From NCBI GenBank assembly GCA_037445065.1, contig JBBILD010000002.1, positions 160,001-224,000 of the forward strand: 64,000 bases of DNA. Reading direction: 5' to 3'. The stretch's first letter is position 1; the number at the start of each line of letters is the position of its first letter. The notes under the pieces are model-generated. The model searched no databases, was not told where the DNA came from, and saw nothing but the letters and a program-made list of their open reading frames with translations. A program made the translations under genes and the position numbers. This document shows, piece after piece, positions 30,540 through 41,203 of this stretch. This stretch comes from Myxococcales bacterium (GTDB lineage: Bacteria; Desulfobacterota; Binatia; HRBIN30).

Positions 30540-30924
30540 TGGTGGTTGGCGAGATCGGCCGACCGGCTTCACATTACTGGAGGTCCTGGTCGCCCTTGCC
30601 GTGGTCGCCATCGCGTTCGTGACCTTACTCGGTTGGCATGCGCGTAACATTCGAACGATCGCGTACAACCAAAACCTATCTCGCGCCGTGTTGCTCACCC
30701 GCGAGCGCGCTAGCTTGGTCCAGTTCCGGGTTTTGCAAGATGGAATCGAGGGGGCCAGAAACGAGGCGGGGCCGATCGACGGCTATCCGGGTTTTTACTT
30801 TGACCAGGAGGTCTTCCCTACCGGAATCGAAGAGCTACGCCAGGTCGTGGTGCGTGTGTACTGGGACCCGCGCAATCCGTCTGCATGTGAGGTGATGTTC
30901 TTTGTTCGCGACCCGATGTTCTGA
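30529..30924 (+). CDS. gspI: Minor pseudopilin I
   Basis: G|FTLLEVLVAL, LRQVVVRVYW; position in cluster. Confidence 0.85.
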   Translation: MGADGGWRDRPTGFTLLEVLVALAVVAIAFVTLLGWHARNIRTIAYNQNLSRAVLLTRERASLVQFRVLQDGIEGARNEAGPIDGYPGFYFDQEVFPTGIEELRQVVVRVYWDPRNPSACEVMFFVRDPMF

Positions 30925-31666
30925 ACGCGCTTGCGCAGGATTCACGTTGCTCGAGCTGTTGCTGGCGATCACGATCTTCGCGATTTTCGCCACCGCGATT
31001 TATGGCGTGCTTGCGCGTACCTTAGAGGGCAAGGAACGGGCCGAAGCGAAAGCGGAGCTGTTCGCTGCGGGTCGCGATGCAGTGATGCGAATCGCAGACG
31101 ATCTAGAGCGTGCCCTTCCGCCTCTGCCGGGTAATCGCAATCAGGTTTGGTTGATTGGGGTCCCAGGGAATGACGCTGTTCCTACCGACCAAATCGGCTT
31201 TGTCATGGACGTGCGCCGAGAGCGGAGTGCGAGCGGCCGCAGAGGTGGGCGGGTGTTCGTGTCGTACCTGCTGGAACCGATGCCGGACATACCCCGTGCG
31301 TTCGCGCTGTTGCGTCACGAGGAGTTACTGCTGGATCCGCTCGCACAAGCAATGGCTGAGGGTGAAGCGGGAGCAGAAAACCAAGACACTTCTCTCGTGA
31401 ACGAGGTCTACCTGGTAGATCGCGTTGCGGGGCTGCGCTTCCGTTATTTGGATCCCGCTTCCGGCGAGTGGGTGAACGCCTGGGACACCACTGCGGCAGT
31501 TCAACCGGGTGAAGCTCCCGTCCCTCTTCCTCCGGTGGTCGAAGTGCAGCTCTTCTTGTTCGACGACACGGGAGGATATGTGGACTTCAGTACACGGGTC
31601 GATCTGCCACTGTACTCGCCACCGCCCACCCCCGCTCCAGGAGGAGTGCGTGCACCGTTGGGGTGA
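30902..31666 (+). CDS. gspJ: Minor pseudopilin J
   Basis: AG|FTLLELLLA, RIADDL, WVNAWD, LPPVVEV. Confidence 0.85.
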   Translation: MFATRCSERACAGFTLLELLLAITIFAIFATAIYGVLARTLEGKERAEAKAELFAAGRDAVMRIADDLERALPPLPGNRNQVWLIGVPGNDAVPTDQIGFVMDVRRERSASGRRGGRVFVSYLLEPMPDIPRAFALLRHEELLLDPLAQAMAEGEAGAENQDTSLVNEVYLVDRVAGLRFRYLDPASGEWVNAWDTTAAVQPGEAPVPLPPVVEVQLFLFDDTGGYVDFSTRVDLPLYSPPPTPAPGGVRAPLG

Positions 31667-32873
31667 GCACAAGCGTGACAACGAGCGTGGGGCGGCTTTG
31701 CTGCTTGCGATCGCGGTGGTGGCTTTACTGACCATCACCGTCTCGGAGTTTTTCTTTTCGGCAGAGGTGGACTCGCGCATGGCGCGCAATTCCGTGCACA
31801 GCCTGCAAGCGTCTCTTCTGGCTCGATCCGGGATTGCCATCGGCGAGGCACTCCTTGCGAAGGATGAGGATCCAGTAACGGACTCGTTTCTAGAAGAGTG
31901 GTGCCCGGCACAAGCGAGAGAGGGCATGGCGTGTCAGATCGAAGACGGTGCCGGGCTGGTGCAGATTCCGGAGGGAATGCGCCTACGCGTCGAGATTTGG
32001 GACGAGAGCGCAAAAATTAACGTGAATCTCACGCGACCCCAAAATCAAAACGAGTGGCGCTTGGGGAATATGGCCGCGGACCCCCGTTCTGCGCCGCAGC
32101 GGTATCAATCATGGCTCTTTGCTCTAGGTAGGGTGCTGCAAGCGCGAGGGATTGGAGAGGATCTCATTCTCGCGTTAGACCAATACTGGAGCCAACTGTA
32201 TGAAGTGTACTTTGGGCCCTTGTCTCCCGCGGGTAGCGGCTCTGGAGCCGCTGCGACACCGACCCCACCCTCCCTCGCCGCTACGCCAGGAGCGACGCCT
32301 CCGCCCTTGACCACGCTGTATTTCAGTTCCCTAGACGAGCTTGTAGCGGTAAACGGCTTTCTGCGTAGCTCCGATCTACCGCGGATTCGTTCTGTGGTGA
32401 CGGCAATCGGCTGGCCGTTTCAAGCACAAATTAACGCCAACACCGCTTCCCGCGAGGTCTTGCAGGCCATCATTGGGGATAGCGAAGTGGTAGAAACCCT
32501 GATTGCAGAGCGGCAAAATCAACCGCTGACAGCAGCCACGGTCGTGACCATGCTGAACAGCAGTGGGACGCTGCAAGACCCCCAATATCGGAACTCTCGG
32601 GTGATGGTTGGCGCGCGCAGCAATGTCTTCTGGATTCGAGCCAGTGCCGTCGTCAACATCGATCCCGTGACTGGCATGGGTGGCGTGAGCCGAAGTGCAG
32701 AAATGGTGGTCCGGCGTGAGCCGAGGCCGGTGCAACAAGGCGCTGGAACGCTTCATCGGTGGAAGCTAACGCGTCTCTACTGGCAGAAGTCGGGTGGTGC
32801 GATTCTGTTTCGCCCCGATCCTGGCGATAGCGGTGAGGCAAGTGGTGAACGGAGCTCAGACGTTCGGTTCTGA
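31650..32873 (+). CDS. gspK: Minor pseudopilin K
   Basis: ERG|AALL, DESAKINVN, INANTA; GTG start after GGAGGA. Confidence 0.88.
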   Translation: MHRWGEHKRDNERGAALLLAIAVVALLTITVSEFFFSAEVDSRMARNSVHSLQASLLARSGIAIGEALLAKDEDPVTDSFLEEWCPAQAREGMACQIEDGAGLVQIPEGMRLRVEIWDESAKINVNLTRPQNQNEWRLGNMAADPRSAPQRYQSWLFALGRVLQARGIGEDLILALDQYWSQLYEVYFGPLSPAGSGSGAAATPTPPSLAATPGATPPPLTTLYFSSLDELVAVNGFLRSSDLPRIRSVVTAIGWPFQAQINANTASREVLQAIIGDSEVVETLIAERQNQPLTAATVVTMLNSSGTLQDPQYRNSRVMVGARSNVFWIRASAVVNIDPVTGMGGVSRSAEMVVRREPRPVQQGAGTLHRWKLTRLYWQKSGGAILFRPDPGDSGEASGERSSDVRF

Positions 32874-32891
32874 AAACACGACGGAAACATT

Positions 32892-34409
32892 ATGCCACAG
32901 CGAGTCTTAGCGCTCGACATCGAGCCTACGGCGATCAAAGCCGCGGTGGTCGAGACATCGTTCCGTGAGTTTCGCATCGCTGGCTTCTACCGAGTGCCTG
33001 TTCCGCCTGGGCAGCCTGTTGCGGATGTGCTGCGCAGCTTTGTGGCGAACAATGGGCTCGAAGGGTGCGTGGTGCTTTCGGCCCTATGTGGGGAGAAGGT
33101 CACATGGCGCACCTTGTTTCTGCCGTTCCGGGACCGCAAGCGGCTCGACCAGACCGTTCCGTTTGAACTGGAAACCCAGGTACCTTTCGACCTGGATGAT
33201 GTCGTGATCACGTATCAGCTCTTGCAGCGAGATAAAGCAGGCAGCACGGTTTTGGCTGCCTTGGTGCAGCGCAAAGACCTGCAAGATCACTTGGACCTGT
33301 TACAGGGCGCCGGTCTCGATCCGAAGGTTGTGGACCTCAGTCCCCTCGTTTGCCTAAATGTTCTCGACTTACTCGCGCCGGAGCCTCCACCCACGTGCGT
33401 CTTTCTTTGTGGCGACCCACACGAACTAACCGTGGCACTGCGGCGGGACGGCACCTTGGTTGGCATTCGAACAATCACTCCCGCGCTAAAGGTGGAAGAG
33501 CCGAGCGCGGAGCAATCCGCTGATAACGGACATGCCGTGGTGGCATCGCAGTGGGCGGAAGAGGTGACTCGAGAAGTTCGCTGGACATTGCTCGCACTCA
33601 ATGGGGCGCCGCTCGAGCCAGGAACCCCCTGCGTGGTGGCAGGAGAGGGAATTTACTTTGACTGGTTGGGAAACCGGCTTGCGGCGCTCGAGTTGAGCGT
33701 GCAGCGCCTCGAGCAAGGGGCGATGCGAATGGTCTCCAGCGAGGTGCTAGGCGCGGTGTCTGCGTTTGTAACGCCTCTCGGCTTGGCACTCCGTGAAATC
33801 CAGCCAGAGCGTGCTTTTGGGGTGAATTTCCGGCAGGGGGAATTCGCGTACCAGCGCGGAAGAGAAGAGGTCCGTAGCGCGCTCGTGCGAACCGGTACGA
33901 TCGCCTTCGCGGCGGTCGTGCTGTTGCTGGCGAACGCCTACCTGGAGTACCGGGGGCTACAGGCCCGGCTCGACGCGGTCAATGCCCAAGTTCGATTTGT
34001 TTTTCGCGAGACGCTGCCTGATGTCCAGCGGATCGTGGATGAGCGCAGGCAACTGCAAGAAGAGATTGATGCGGTGGAAAAGCGACTCAAGTTGCTCGGC
34101 AGTGTTGCTCCACCCAGCGGGGCGACTGCGATCGACGCTTTGCACGCGATCAGTGCGGCGCTCCCCGAGACTTTGAAGTTAGAAGTGGACGAATACGTGA
34201 TGGATACACAGGAAATCAAGATTCGCGCGCACACGGATTCGTTAGACACGCCAAACGCCATTCGCGAGGCAATTGCTGGCAGTAGGTACTTCGCCGATGT
34301 GCAGGTGAAAGACATCAAGTCCGCGCCGGATGGGCGAGTCGATTTCCGCATGATTCTGGTGCTCAATCGCGGCGGTATCCCAGCGCCGCTTCCCTCAGGT
34401 CGGTTATGA
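32892..34409 (+). CDS. gspL: Type II secretion protein L (PilM/PilN-like)
   Basis: LALDI actin-like N-terminus, LPFRD-VPFELE, NFRQGEF, TM helix, periplasmic domain. Confidence 0.88.
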   Translation: MPQRVLALDIEPTAIKAAVVETSFREFRIAGFYRVPVPPGQPVADVLRSFVANNGLEGCVVLSALCGEKVTWRTLFLPFRDRKRLDQTVPFELETQVPFDLDDVVITYQLLQRDKAGSTVLAALVQRKDLQDHLDLLQGAGLDPKVVDLSPLVCLNVLDLLAPEPPPTCVFLCGDPHELTVALRRDGTLVGIRTITPALKVEEPSAEQSADNGHAVVASQWAEEVTREVRWTLLALNGAPLEPGTPCVVAGEGIYFDWLGNRLAALELSVQRLEQGAMRMVSSEVLGAVSAFVTPLGLALREIQPERAFGVNFRQGEFAYQRGREEVRSALVRTGTIAFAAVVLLLANAYLEYRGLQARLDAVNAQVRFVFRETLPDVQRIVDERRQLQEEIDAVEKRLKLLGSVAPPSGATAIDALHAISAALPETLKLEVDEYVMDTQEIKIRAHTDSLDTPNAIREAIAGSRYFADVQVKDIKSAPDGRVDFRMILVLNRGGIPAPLPSGRL

Positions 34410-35005
34410 GATTCGACTGGAATCTTCTCGCCCGGTACATTGATCGTCTTGCACCGCGGGAAAAGCTGCTGCTGCTCGTCGCAGCCGCGGTCACCGTCCT
34501 TATCCTCGGCTACTCGTTTGTTTGGGACCCGTTGCAGGCTGGCGCCGCACAATTGTCCCGAAGGATCAGTTTGCGGGAGCGAGAATTGGAGGAAATCCTG
34601 CGCCAGCGGGAACAATACCTCGAACTGCTCCGCCAGTTGGAAGCGTACGGCGACATTTCCGAGATGGACCCGAATTTCAATTTGTTGGGTTACTTGCAGG
34701 GCGTTGTGACTGCAGCCGTGAGTCGCGAGAAAATCACGTCTCTGAACCCGACCACGCGGCCAAAGGCAGAGGCTCCTGAATTCGTCGAGGAAATGGTCGA
34801 GATCAAACTAGCGGGGGTATCGCTCCCACAGATTGTGGATCTGTTGCATCGGGTGGAGAAAGGAGAGCACCCGCTGCATTTTAGCCGGGTGTCCATTAAG
34901 AAGCGCGTTAACGATCCGTACTCCTTTGACGTGCAGGCTACCGTGGCGGTGCTCAAGCACGCCGAAAAGCCCGCGGAAAAAGCCGTGTCGCGAGGAGAGA
35001 GCTGA
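34406..35005 (+). CDS. gspM: Type II secretion protein M
   Basis: LAPREK + TM + WDP, coiled coil; ATGA coupling to gspL. Confidence 0.85.
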   Translation: MRFDWNLLARYIDRLAPREKLLLLVAAAVTVLILGYSFVWDPLQAGAAQLSRRISLRERELEEILRQREQYLELLRQLEAYGDISEMDPNFNLLGYLQGVVTAAVSREKITSLNPTTRPKAEAPEFVEEMVEIKLAGVSLPQIVDLLHRVEKGEHPLHFSRVSIKKRVNDPYSFDVQATVAVLKHAEKPAEKAVSRGES

Positions 35006-35928
35006 TGCGGGCTCCACAGTTGCGGCTGCCTTGGGCAACGTGGTTTTCTTCACGCTGGGTCCCTGATTTCTTGCTGCGGCGCAGCACGTGGTTGTACCTG
35101 TCGTACACGTTTGCAGTGTTTCTAATCGCGCTGGTCGTCACCTTCCCGCACGACTTGTTGATCCAGCGGGCGGTCCGGCACTTGGACCGCGGGCCGTTGG
35201 CGTTGCACGTCAATGGAGCCGGCGTTTCGCTCTTGCGCGGATACTGCGTTAGCGGCGTGCGGTTGGGAAACAGTGACGGCAACCGCCCGCCGCTACTCGA
35301 GATCTCGACGGTGTGGGCCCGCCCGAGCATTCGCGAATGGTTGCGGGGGAATTTTTATGCGGCGGCAGTAGGCGCTGAACTCTACGGAGGAGCCCTCCAA
35401 GGAAGCGTCCTGTACCAAGACGTCGGCTTGTCAGGTGCAGTCGAGTGGCACGGACTTCAGCTCGGACGTTACCGGACACTGCAGAGCCAGCTGGAAGAAG
35501 GTCAGATTACGGGCGTGGTTTCCGGTGACTTGGCCTTCGAAATCCGCGGGCAGAATTTCCAACAGGGGCAAGCCAACGGTGAAATCGTGATCGAGTCCGC
35601 TGCCTTACAAGACGTGAAGTTGGGCGGCTGGCCCATTCCGAACGTGCAACTGAAGCAGATCAAGGCCAAGATCAAGGTCGTTCCTGGACGGATCGAACTT
35701 GCCGACTTGGTGGCGACCGGCGACCTAAGCGTTCAGGGTGGGGGCCAGATCACGGTGCGCGAACCGTTTGGTGAAAGCGCGCTCAATCTTCGTCTGACAA
35801 TTGCCCCGACACCCCAAACCCCAGATACCCTAAAAGCTGCGCTGGCGCTACTACCGCGCCCAGCGGGAGGGAAGCCGGACAGTCCGATCACGATCGCCGG
35901 TACGTTGCTCAAGCCGAAGCTGCGCTAA
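35005..35928 (+). CDS. gspN: Type II secretion protein N
   Basis: TM-TFP, AELYGG, beta-rich body, C-terminal ITIAGTLLKP. Confidence 0.8.
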   Translation: MRAPQLRLPWATWFSSRWVPDFLLRRSTWLYLSYTFAVFLIALVVTFPHDLLIQRAVRHLDRGPLALHVNGAGVSLLRGYCVSGVRLGNSDGNRPPLLEISTVWARPSIREWLRGNFYAAAVGAELYGGALQGSVLYQDVGLSGAVEWHGLQLGRYRTLQSQLEEGQITGVVSGDLAFEIRGQNFQQGQANGEIVIESAALQDVKLGGWPIPNVQLKQIKAKIKVVPGRIELADLVATGDLSVQGGGQITVREPFGESALNLRLTIAPTPQTPDTLKAALALLPRPAGGKPDSPITIAGTLLKPKLR

Positions 35929-35963
35929 GCTCCGATGCTTCAGCCTTCCCGCGGCGGTGCCAC

Positions 35964-37232
35964 CTAGCGGCGAATCTGTTCCGTGTCCATGTACGGCTGC
36001 AGGACTTCCGGAATGCGGACGGAGCCGTCGGGCTGCTGGTAGGTTTCAACTAGCGCGATTAGCAAACGGGGGAGGGCAAGGCCGCTTCCGTTCAGTGTAT
36101 GGACGTATTCTGGCTTTTTGCCGGGGCCTCGCCGGAAACGGATGTTTGCACGCCGTGCTTGATAGTCCGTGCAGTTGCTGCATGAACTTACCTCGAGCCA
36201 TTCCGCACAGCCCGGCGCCCATACCTCGAGATCGAACTTCTTTGCCGCCACAACTCCCAGATCGCCGGTGCAAATGGAGACCACTCGGTAGAGCAGACCG
36301 AGGCGGCGCAACAGGTCTTCCGCGTCCGCCACGATCCGCTCGAGCGCGGCCGGCGAGTCCTCCGGAGCGGTGATCTTGTACATTTCGACCTTGTCGAACT
36401 GGTGCCCCCGCTTGATGCCCCGTACATCCCGGCCGGCGGACATTTTTTCCCGGCGAAAGCAGGCCGTGTATGCCACGTACGAGATCGGCAGAGTTTCAAC
36501 GTCGAGGATCTCGTCGCGATGGAGGTTCGTCAACGGGATTTCGGCCGTGCCGATCAGCCATAGGTCGTCCTCAGCATCATGGTAGATGTTGTCAGCGAAG
36601 CGTGGCAGTTGACCTGCTCCGTACAGGCACTCTTGCTTGACCAAGTATGGCGGGTAAATCTCGAAGTACCCATGCTCCCGAGTGTGGACCTCGAGCATCC
36701 AGGCGATGAGGCTACGCTGTAACTTGGCCCCGGCCCCTTTGAGAATGTAAAAGCGAGAACCCGAAATTTTCGTCCCACGTTCGAAGTCGATTAGGTCCAG
36801 CTCGGGGCCGAGCTCCCAGTGGGGCCGTGGCTGGAACGAGAAAACCGGTTCTGTCCCTACGGTGCGGATTACTTGATTGTCGCGCTCGTCGTGGCCAACG
36901 GGAACGGACGGATCCGGTAAGTTGGGAAGCATGAGCAGGCGTGCGCGCAGTTCCTGCTCAACCTTTTCTAAGCGTTGCTCTAGCTCGGTTAAGCTTCCAA
37001 CGATTTGGCGTACGATTTCCTTCTTCGCTTCTTGCTCTTCGCGGGGCAAAGACGGGATTTCTCGCGAGATACGCGTACGGCGCGCTCGCAGCTCCTCCAC
37101 CTGGCGCAGCAAGGAACGGCGCTCCTCGTCGGCAGACAGCACCGCGTCCACCTCTTCAGGAGCGGTCCCGACCTTTGCCAATTCTGCTTTGACAAAATCC
37201 GGCTTCTCGCGGATCAGGTGCAGATCGAGCAT
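35964..37232 (-). CDS. serS: Serine--tRNA ligase
   Basis: MLDLHLIR, GTAE, CFRRE, RGHQFDKVE, EVSSCSNC, HTLNGSGLA. Confidence 0.97.
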   Translation of the reverse strand: MLDLHLIREKPDFVKAELAKVGTAPEEVDAVLSADEERRSLLRQVEELRARRTRISREIPSLPREEQEAKKEIVRQIVGSLTELEQRLEKVEQELRARLLMLPNLPDPSVPVGHDERDNQVIRTVGTEPVFSFQPRPHWELGPELDLIDFERGTKISGSRFYILKGAGAKLQRSLIAWMLEVHTREHGYFEIYPPYLVKQECLYGAGQLPRFADNIYHDAEDDLWLIGTAEIPLTNLHRDEILDVETLPISYVAYTACFRREKMSAGRDVRGIKRGHQFDKVEMYKITAPEDSPAALERIVADAEDLLRRLGLLYRVVSICTGDLGVVAAKKFDLEVWAPGCAEWLEVSSCSNCTDYQARRANIRFRRGPGKKPEYVHTLNGSGLALPRLLIALVETYQQPDGSVRIPEVLQPYMDTEQIRR

Positions 37233-37287
37233 GCGCGCGCGGTTAGCACGCTGCCCCAAGGGCAACAAGCAAACGCAACGGTCACAC

Positions 37288-37665
37288 TCACTCGTCGCGG
37301 AACGCGTCGCGCAGCAACTGGTACTCGAAACCACCGCTGTTCACAAAAACGCACACAACATCGAAACGAACGGATGCGCGGGCATGCTCCGAATGGCAGG
37401 CGAGAAAGTGCCGTGCGGCACGACGAATCCGCTCGCGTTTACGGCCATCAATCGCTTCCCACGCCGCCCCTTGCCAGCGGCGAGAGCGAGTTTTGACTTC
37501 GATAAACGCCAGTACAGGACCGTCATAAGCAATCAGGTCGATTTCGCCCCCCGGGCAGCGGTAGTTTCGTTGAAGGAGTCGGTAGCCGTGGGCTTCTACC
37601 AGGTACTCGATCGCCAGCGTTTCCCCGCTGCGCCCTCGGTGGGGTGCCTGCTGCGAACTCCGCAC
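37288..37665 (-). CDS. yraN: YraN (UPF0102) family predicted endonuclease
   Basis: GRSGE-LA, NYRCPGGEIDLI, FIEVKTR, RFDV. Confidence 0.9.
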   Translation of the reverse strand: MRSSQQAPHRGRSGETLAIEYLVEAHGYRLLQRNYRCPGGEIDLIAYDGPVLAFIEVKTRSRRWQGAAWEAIDGRKRERIRRAARHFLACHSEHARASVRFDVVCVFVNSGGFEYQLLRDAFRDE

Positions 37666-37776
37666 GAACGCAATGTATCGCCTTTTGCTCCCGGCGCGAA
37701 GAGGGGAGGAGGGCCTGGACCGGAGAGAACGGTAGTGAATTGAAGGGAGCGGGCGGCTGTGTTAACCGCGGCGCCG

Positions 37777-38064
37777 ATGGGCTTGGACCGAAACAAGGTA
37801 CGCGAAATTGCAGCCTTGGCCCGCCTCGCACTGAGCCCGCAGGAAGAGGAGTCACTCACCACACAACTCGAGCGCATCCTGTCGTATTTTTCACGCCTTT
37901 CGGAGGTGCCTACCGAGGATGTCCCCCCGGCCACCGAGGCGCTTACTCGTTCTTTCCATTCGCGGGACGATGCCGTGACCAATACACCGCGCGTAGAGGA
38001 GTTCCTCGAAAGCGCTCCGCAGCGGCGCGGAAACTTTTTTGTCGTACCCAAAATCATTGAATGA
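37777..38064 (+). CDS. gatC: Asp/Glu-tRNA amidotransferase subunit C
   Basis: IAALARL, RDD, AP...FFVVPKIIE. Confidence 0.93.
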   Translation: MGLDRNKVREIAALARLALSPQEEESLTTQLERILSYFSRLSEVPTEDVPPATEALTRSFHSRDDAVTNTPRVEEFLESAPQRRGNFFVVPKIIE

Positions 38065-38127
38065 TTGGGCCCTTGCTTCCGAGAACCGAGTGCTGCTGGG
38101 GCAGCCTGCAGCCGGTGGGTGCACTGC

Positions 38128-39588
38128 ATGGTTGAGGTGTTGAAGCTCTCCATCACTCGTTTGACAGAACTGCTCCGCTCCCGGGCCGTGAGTGCGCGCG
38201 AAGTCACCGAGGCCTGCTTGAAACGCATCGAGGCCGTCGAGCCGCAACTCTCGGCGCTTTTGACCATTTGTCCCGAACTGGCTTTGGCCCAGGCAGACGA
38301 AGCAGATCAGCGGCGGCGGAAAGGTGAGGATACGCCCTTGTTGGGTGTGCCCCTCGCCCTGAAAGACGTGATTGTGACGCGCGGCGTCCGTACGACGGCG
38401 GCGTCGCGCATTCTGGAGCACTACGTTCCGCCCTACGATGCGACTGTGGTGGAGAGACTGAGGGCGGCCGGAGCGGTGCTGCTGGGCAAGCTGAACTGTG
38501 ATGAGTTCGCGATGGGTTCATCCACGGAAAACTCCGCCTTTTTCATCACGCGCAACCCTTGGAACCTGGAGCGCGTACCTGGCGGATCGTCGGGGGGGTC
38601 TGCCGCCGCGGTTGCGGCCGGAGAGTGCTTCGGATCTTTGGGTTCGGACACAGGCGGGTCGATTCGTCAACCAGCAGCTTGCTGTGGTATCGTGGGACTC
38701 AAGCCAACGTACGGTCGTGTGAGCCGGTACGGCCTCATCGCGTACGCTTCTTCTTTGGACCAGATCGGCCCGATGACCCGCACAGTGGCGGATGCGGCCG
38801 TACTTCTAGAGGCCATCGCAGGCTGGGACCCAGCGGACGCGACGTCGTCTCCATTGCCTGTGCCCTCCTATTCTGCCGCGCTGGCGGTCGAGGTCAAGGG
38901 CATACGCTTAGCGCTGCCGAAGGAATTTTTCGGGGAAGGCCTTGACCCCGAAGTGCGGGGTGCCGTTCTACAGGCGGTTGACCTGCTGCAAAAACAGGGA
39001 GCACTTGTGCGAGAAGTGTCTCTGCCTCACACCGCGTACTCGATTCCGACCTACTACATGATCGCAACTGCGGAAGCGAGCTCGAACCTAGCGCGCTTCG
39101 ATGGCGTTCGGTACGGCTTGCGAGTAGGGGAGGAGGATCGCGTCCAAGAAATGTACGCACTGACACGCGCAAAGGGCTTCGGGGCAGAAGTGAAGCGGCG
39201 AATTATGTTGGGAACGTACGCGTTGTCTGCCGGGTACTATGATGCGTACTATCTCAAAGCGCTGAAGGTGCGAACGTTGATCCGGAGAGACTTCGAGGCC
39301 GCATTTGAGGAGGCAGACCTGGTGGTGACACCGACTGCGCCAACCACGGCGTTTCGCTTAGGTGAGAAGGCAGGAGACCCCCTCCAAATGTACCTTTCCG
39401 ACGTATACACGATCGCTGCAAATTTGGCAGGCCTCCCGGCACTTTCGCTGCCGTGTGGCTTCGACTCACAAGGGCTGCCAATTGGCGTGCAACTCATCGG
39501 CCAGGATTTTCAGGAGCAGCGGTTGCTCAACGCGGCACACGCACTCGAGCGAGAATTGGGCGTGAGCGAGCGGTGGCCACCGCTTTGA
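38128..39588 (+). CDS. gatA: Asp/Glu-tRNA amidotransferase subunit A
   Basis: [48 protein letters not shown]. Confidence 0.97.
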   Translation: MVEVLKLSITRLTELLRSRAVSAREVTEACLKRIEAVEPQLSALLTICPELALAQADEADQRRRKGEDTPLLGVPLALKDVIVTRGVRTTAASRILEHYVPPYDATVVERLRAAGAVLLGKLNCDEFAMGSSTENSAFFITRNPWNLERVPGGSSGGSAAAVAAGECFGSLGSDTGGSIRQPAACCGIVGLKPTYGRVSRYGLIAYASSLDQIGPMTRTVADAAVLLEAIAGWDPADATSSPLPVPSYSAALAVEVKGIRLALPKEFFGEGLDPEVRGAVLQAVDLLQKQGALVREVSLPHTAYSIPTYYMIATAEASSNLARFDGVRYGLRVGEEDRVQEMYALTRAKGFGAEVKRRIMLGTYALSAGYYDAYYLKALKVRTLIRRDFEAAFEEADLVVTPTAPTTAFRLGEKAGDPLQMYLSDVYTIAANLAGLPALSLPCGFDSQGLPIGVQLIGQDFQEQRLLNAAHALERELGVSERWPPL

Positions 39589-39624
39589 AGGTTCGTGGGC
39601 GCACGGGAGGTCGGATCGGGGCTC

Positions 39625-41070
39625 ATGGAATTCGAAGCAGTCATTGGTCTCGAGGTTCACGCTGAGCTCCTGACCGAGTCGAAGATGTTTTGTGGATGCT
39701 CGGCTCGGTTCGGTGCGCCGGCGAATGAGAATACCTGCCCCGTCTGCCTCGCCTTGCCGGGAGCGCTGCCCGTTGCGAATCGGCGGGCTGTCGAGTTCGC
39801 GATTCGTTTGGGCCTGGCAACGGACTGTAAGATCGCACCTTCCAGCCAATGGGCACGTAAGAACTATTTTTACCCGGATCTTCCCAAGGGGTACCAGATC
39901 AGCCAGTACGAGTTGCCCATTTGTTCGGGAGGCCGCATCACGATTGAGACGGAAGCTGGGCCTCGGGTGGTGCGTCTCCATCGAATCCACATGGAGGAAG
40001 ACACTGGGAAGAGCATCCACGATCCGCAGACGGGTGTCAGTCTGATTGATTTCAATCGCTGCGGTGTGCCGCTTTTGGAGATCGTCAGTGAGCCGGATTT
40101 GCGTTCCGCGCAGGAGGCAGCCAGCTATTTGCGGAAGCTTCGCCAGATCCTGCAGTACCTGGAGATTTGTGACGGCAACATGGAGGAGGGGAGCTTCCGT
40201 TGTGACGCCAATGTCTCTGTTCGCCGCAGCGGAAGTACAGCGCTGGGTACGAAAGTGGAAATCAAGAACATGAACTCCTTTCGCCACGTCGAGCGGGCAC
40301 TCGAATACGAGATCCAACGCCAAGTCGAATGCCTCGAACTCGGCGAACCGATCGTGCAGGAAACGCGGCTTTGGGATGCGGAGCAAGAGATCACACGCCC
40401 AATGCGTTCCAAGGAGTATGCGCACGACTACCGGTACTTTCCGGAGCCAGACTTGCCCCCCGTCGTCGTGGACGATGCTTGGATTGCCCGTATCGCGGCT
40501 TCCATGCCCGAACTACCTGATGCGCGCCGCCGGCGCTTCGTTGAACAGTACGGCCTTCCGGCTTATGACGCCGAAGTGCTCACTTCGCGGCGGGACCTGG
40601 CCGAGTACTTCGAGCAAGTCGCGGCAGGTGGCGTGGCGCCGAAAAGCGCCAGCAACTGGGTGATGAGCGAACTCCTCCGCGTCGTTCGGGAACGCGGCCT
40701 CGATCGGGAACTGCGGATTGAATCCTGGCCGCTGTCGCCCAAACAGCTCGCGGAACTGATTTCTCTCGTCGAAAGCGGCACGATCAGCGGAAAAATTGCC
40801 AAGATGGCCTTTGAGGCTCTCCTCGATACGCAGACATCTCCGGAAACCCTGATTCGCGAACGGGGCTGGGTACAGATTTCGGACGATGCCTTCCTCACAG
40901 AGGCGGTGGACGCCGTCATTTCGGAGCACCCAGACAAGGTCGCCGATTTCCGGGAGGGGAAAACCAAACTGTTGGCCTTCTTTGTCGGTCAAGTAATGCG
41001 CAGGACCGGCGGGAGGGCAAACCCACAACGGGTCAACGAGCTGCTCCTGGAGCGCCTGGGGAGGGGTTGA
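39625..41070 (+). CDS. gatB: Asp/Glu-tRNA amidotransferase subunit B
   Basis: IGLEVH, RKNYFYPDLPKGYQISQ, EEGSFRCDANVS, DYRYFPEPD. Confidence 0.97.
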   Translation: MEFEAVIGLEVHAELLTESKMFCGCSARFGAPANENTCPVCLALPGALPVANRRAVEFAIRLGLATDCKIAPSSQWARKNYFYPDLPKGYQISQYELPICSGGRITIETEAGPRVVRLHRIHMEEDTGKSIHDPQTGVSLIDFNRCGVPLLEIVSEPDLRSAQEAASYLRKLRQILQYLEICDGNMEEGSFRCDANVSVRRSGSTALGTKVEIKNMNSFRHVERALEYEIQRQVECLELGEPIVQETRLWDAEQEITRPMRSKEYAHDYRYFPEPDLPPVVVDDAWIARIAASMPELPDARRRRFVEQYGLPAYDAEVLTSRRDLAEYFEQVAAGGVAPKSASNWVMSELLRVVRERGLDRELRIESWPLSPKQLAELISLVESGTISGKIAKMAFEALLDTQTSPETLIRERGWVQISDDAFLTEAVDAVISEHPDKVADFREGKTKLLAFFVGQVMRRTGGRANPQRVNELLLERLGRG

Positions 41071-41130
41071 GGAAGCGGAAGAGGCCGGAGAGAGTGCTTG
41101 GGGGGTAAAGGCGAGGCGGAACCGGAGTCA

Positions 41131-41158
41131 ATGTCCGATAAGATATGTTCCGTTACTT
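41131..41158. other. dif-like XerC/XerD site (candidate; XerD arm degenerate)
   Basis: 11-6-11 layout ATGTCCGATAA-GATATG-TTCCGTTACTT; AT-rich patch between convergent genes. Confidence 0.4.
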
Positions 41159-41203
41159 AGACCCTGGAGCGGTTTTCCCCCCAATCGATTCGAGCGCTCA
41201 CCC

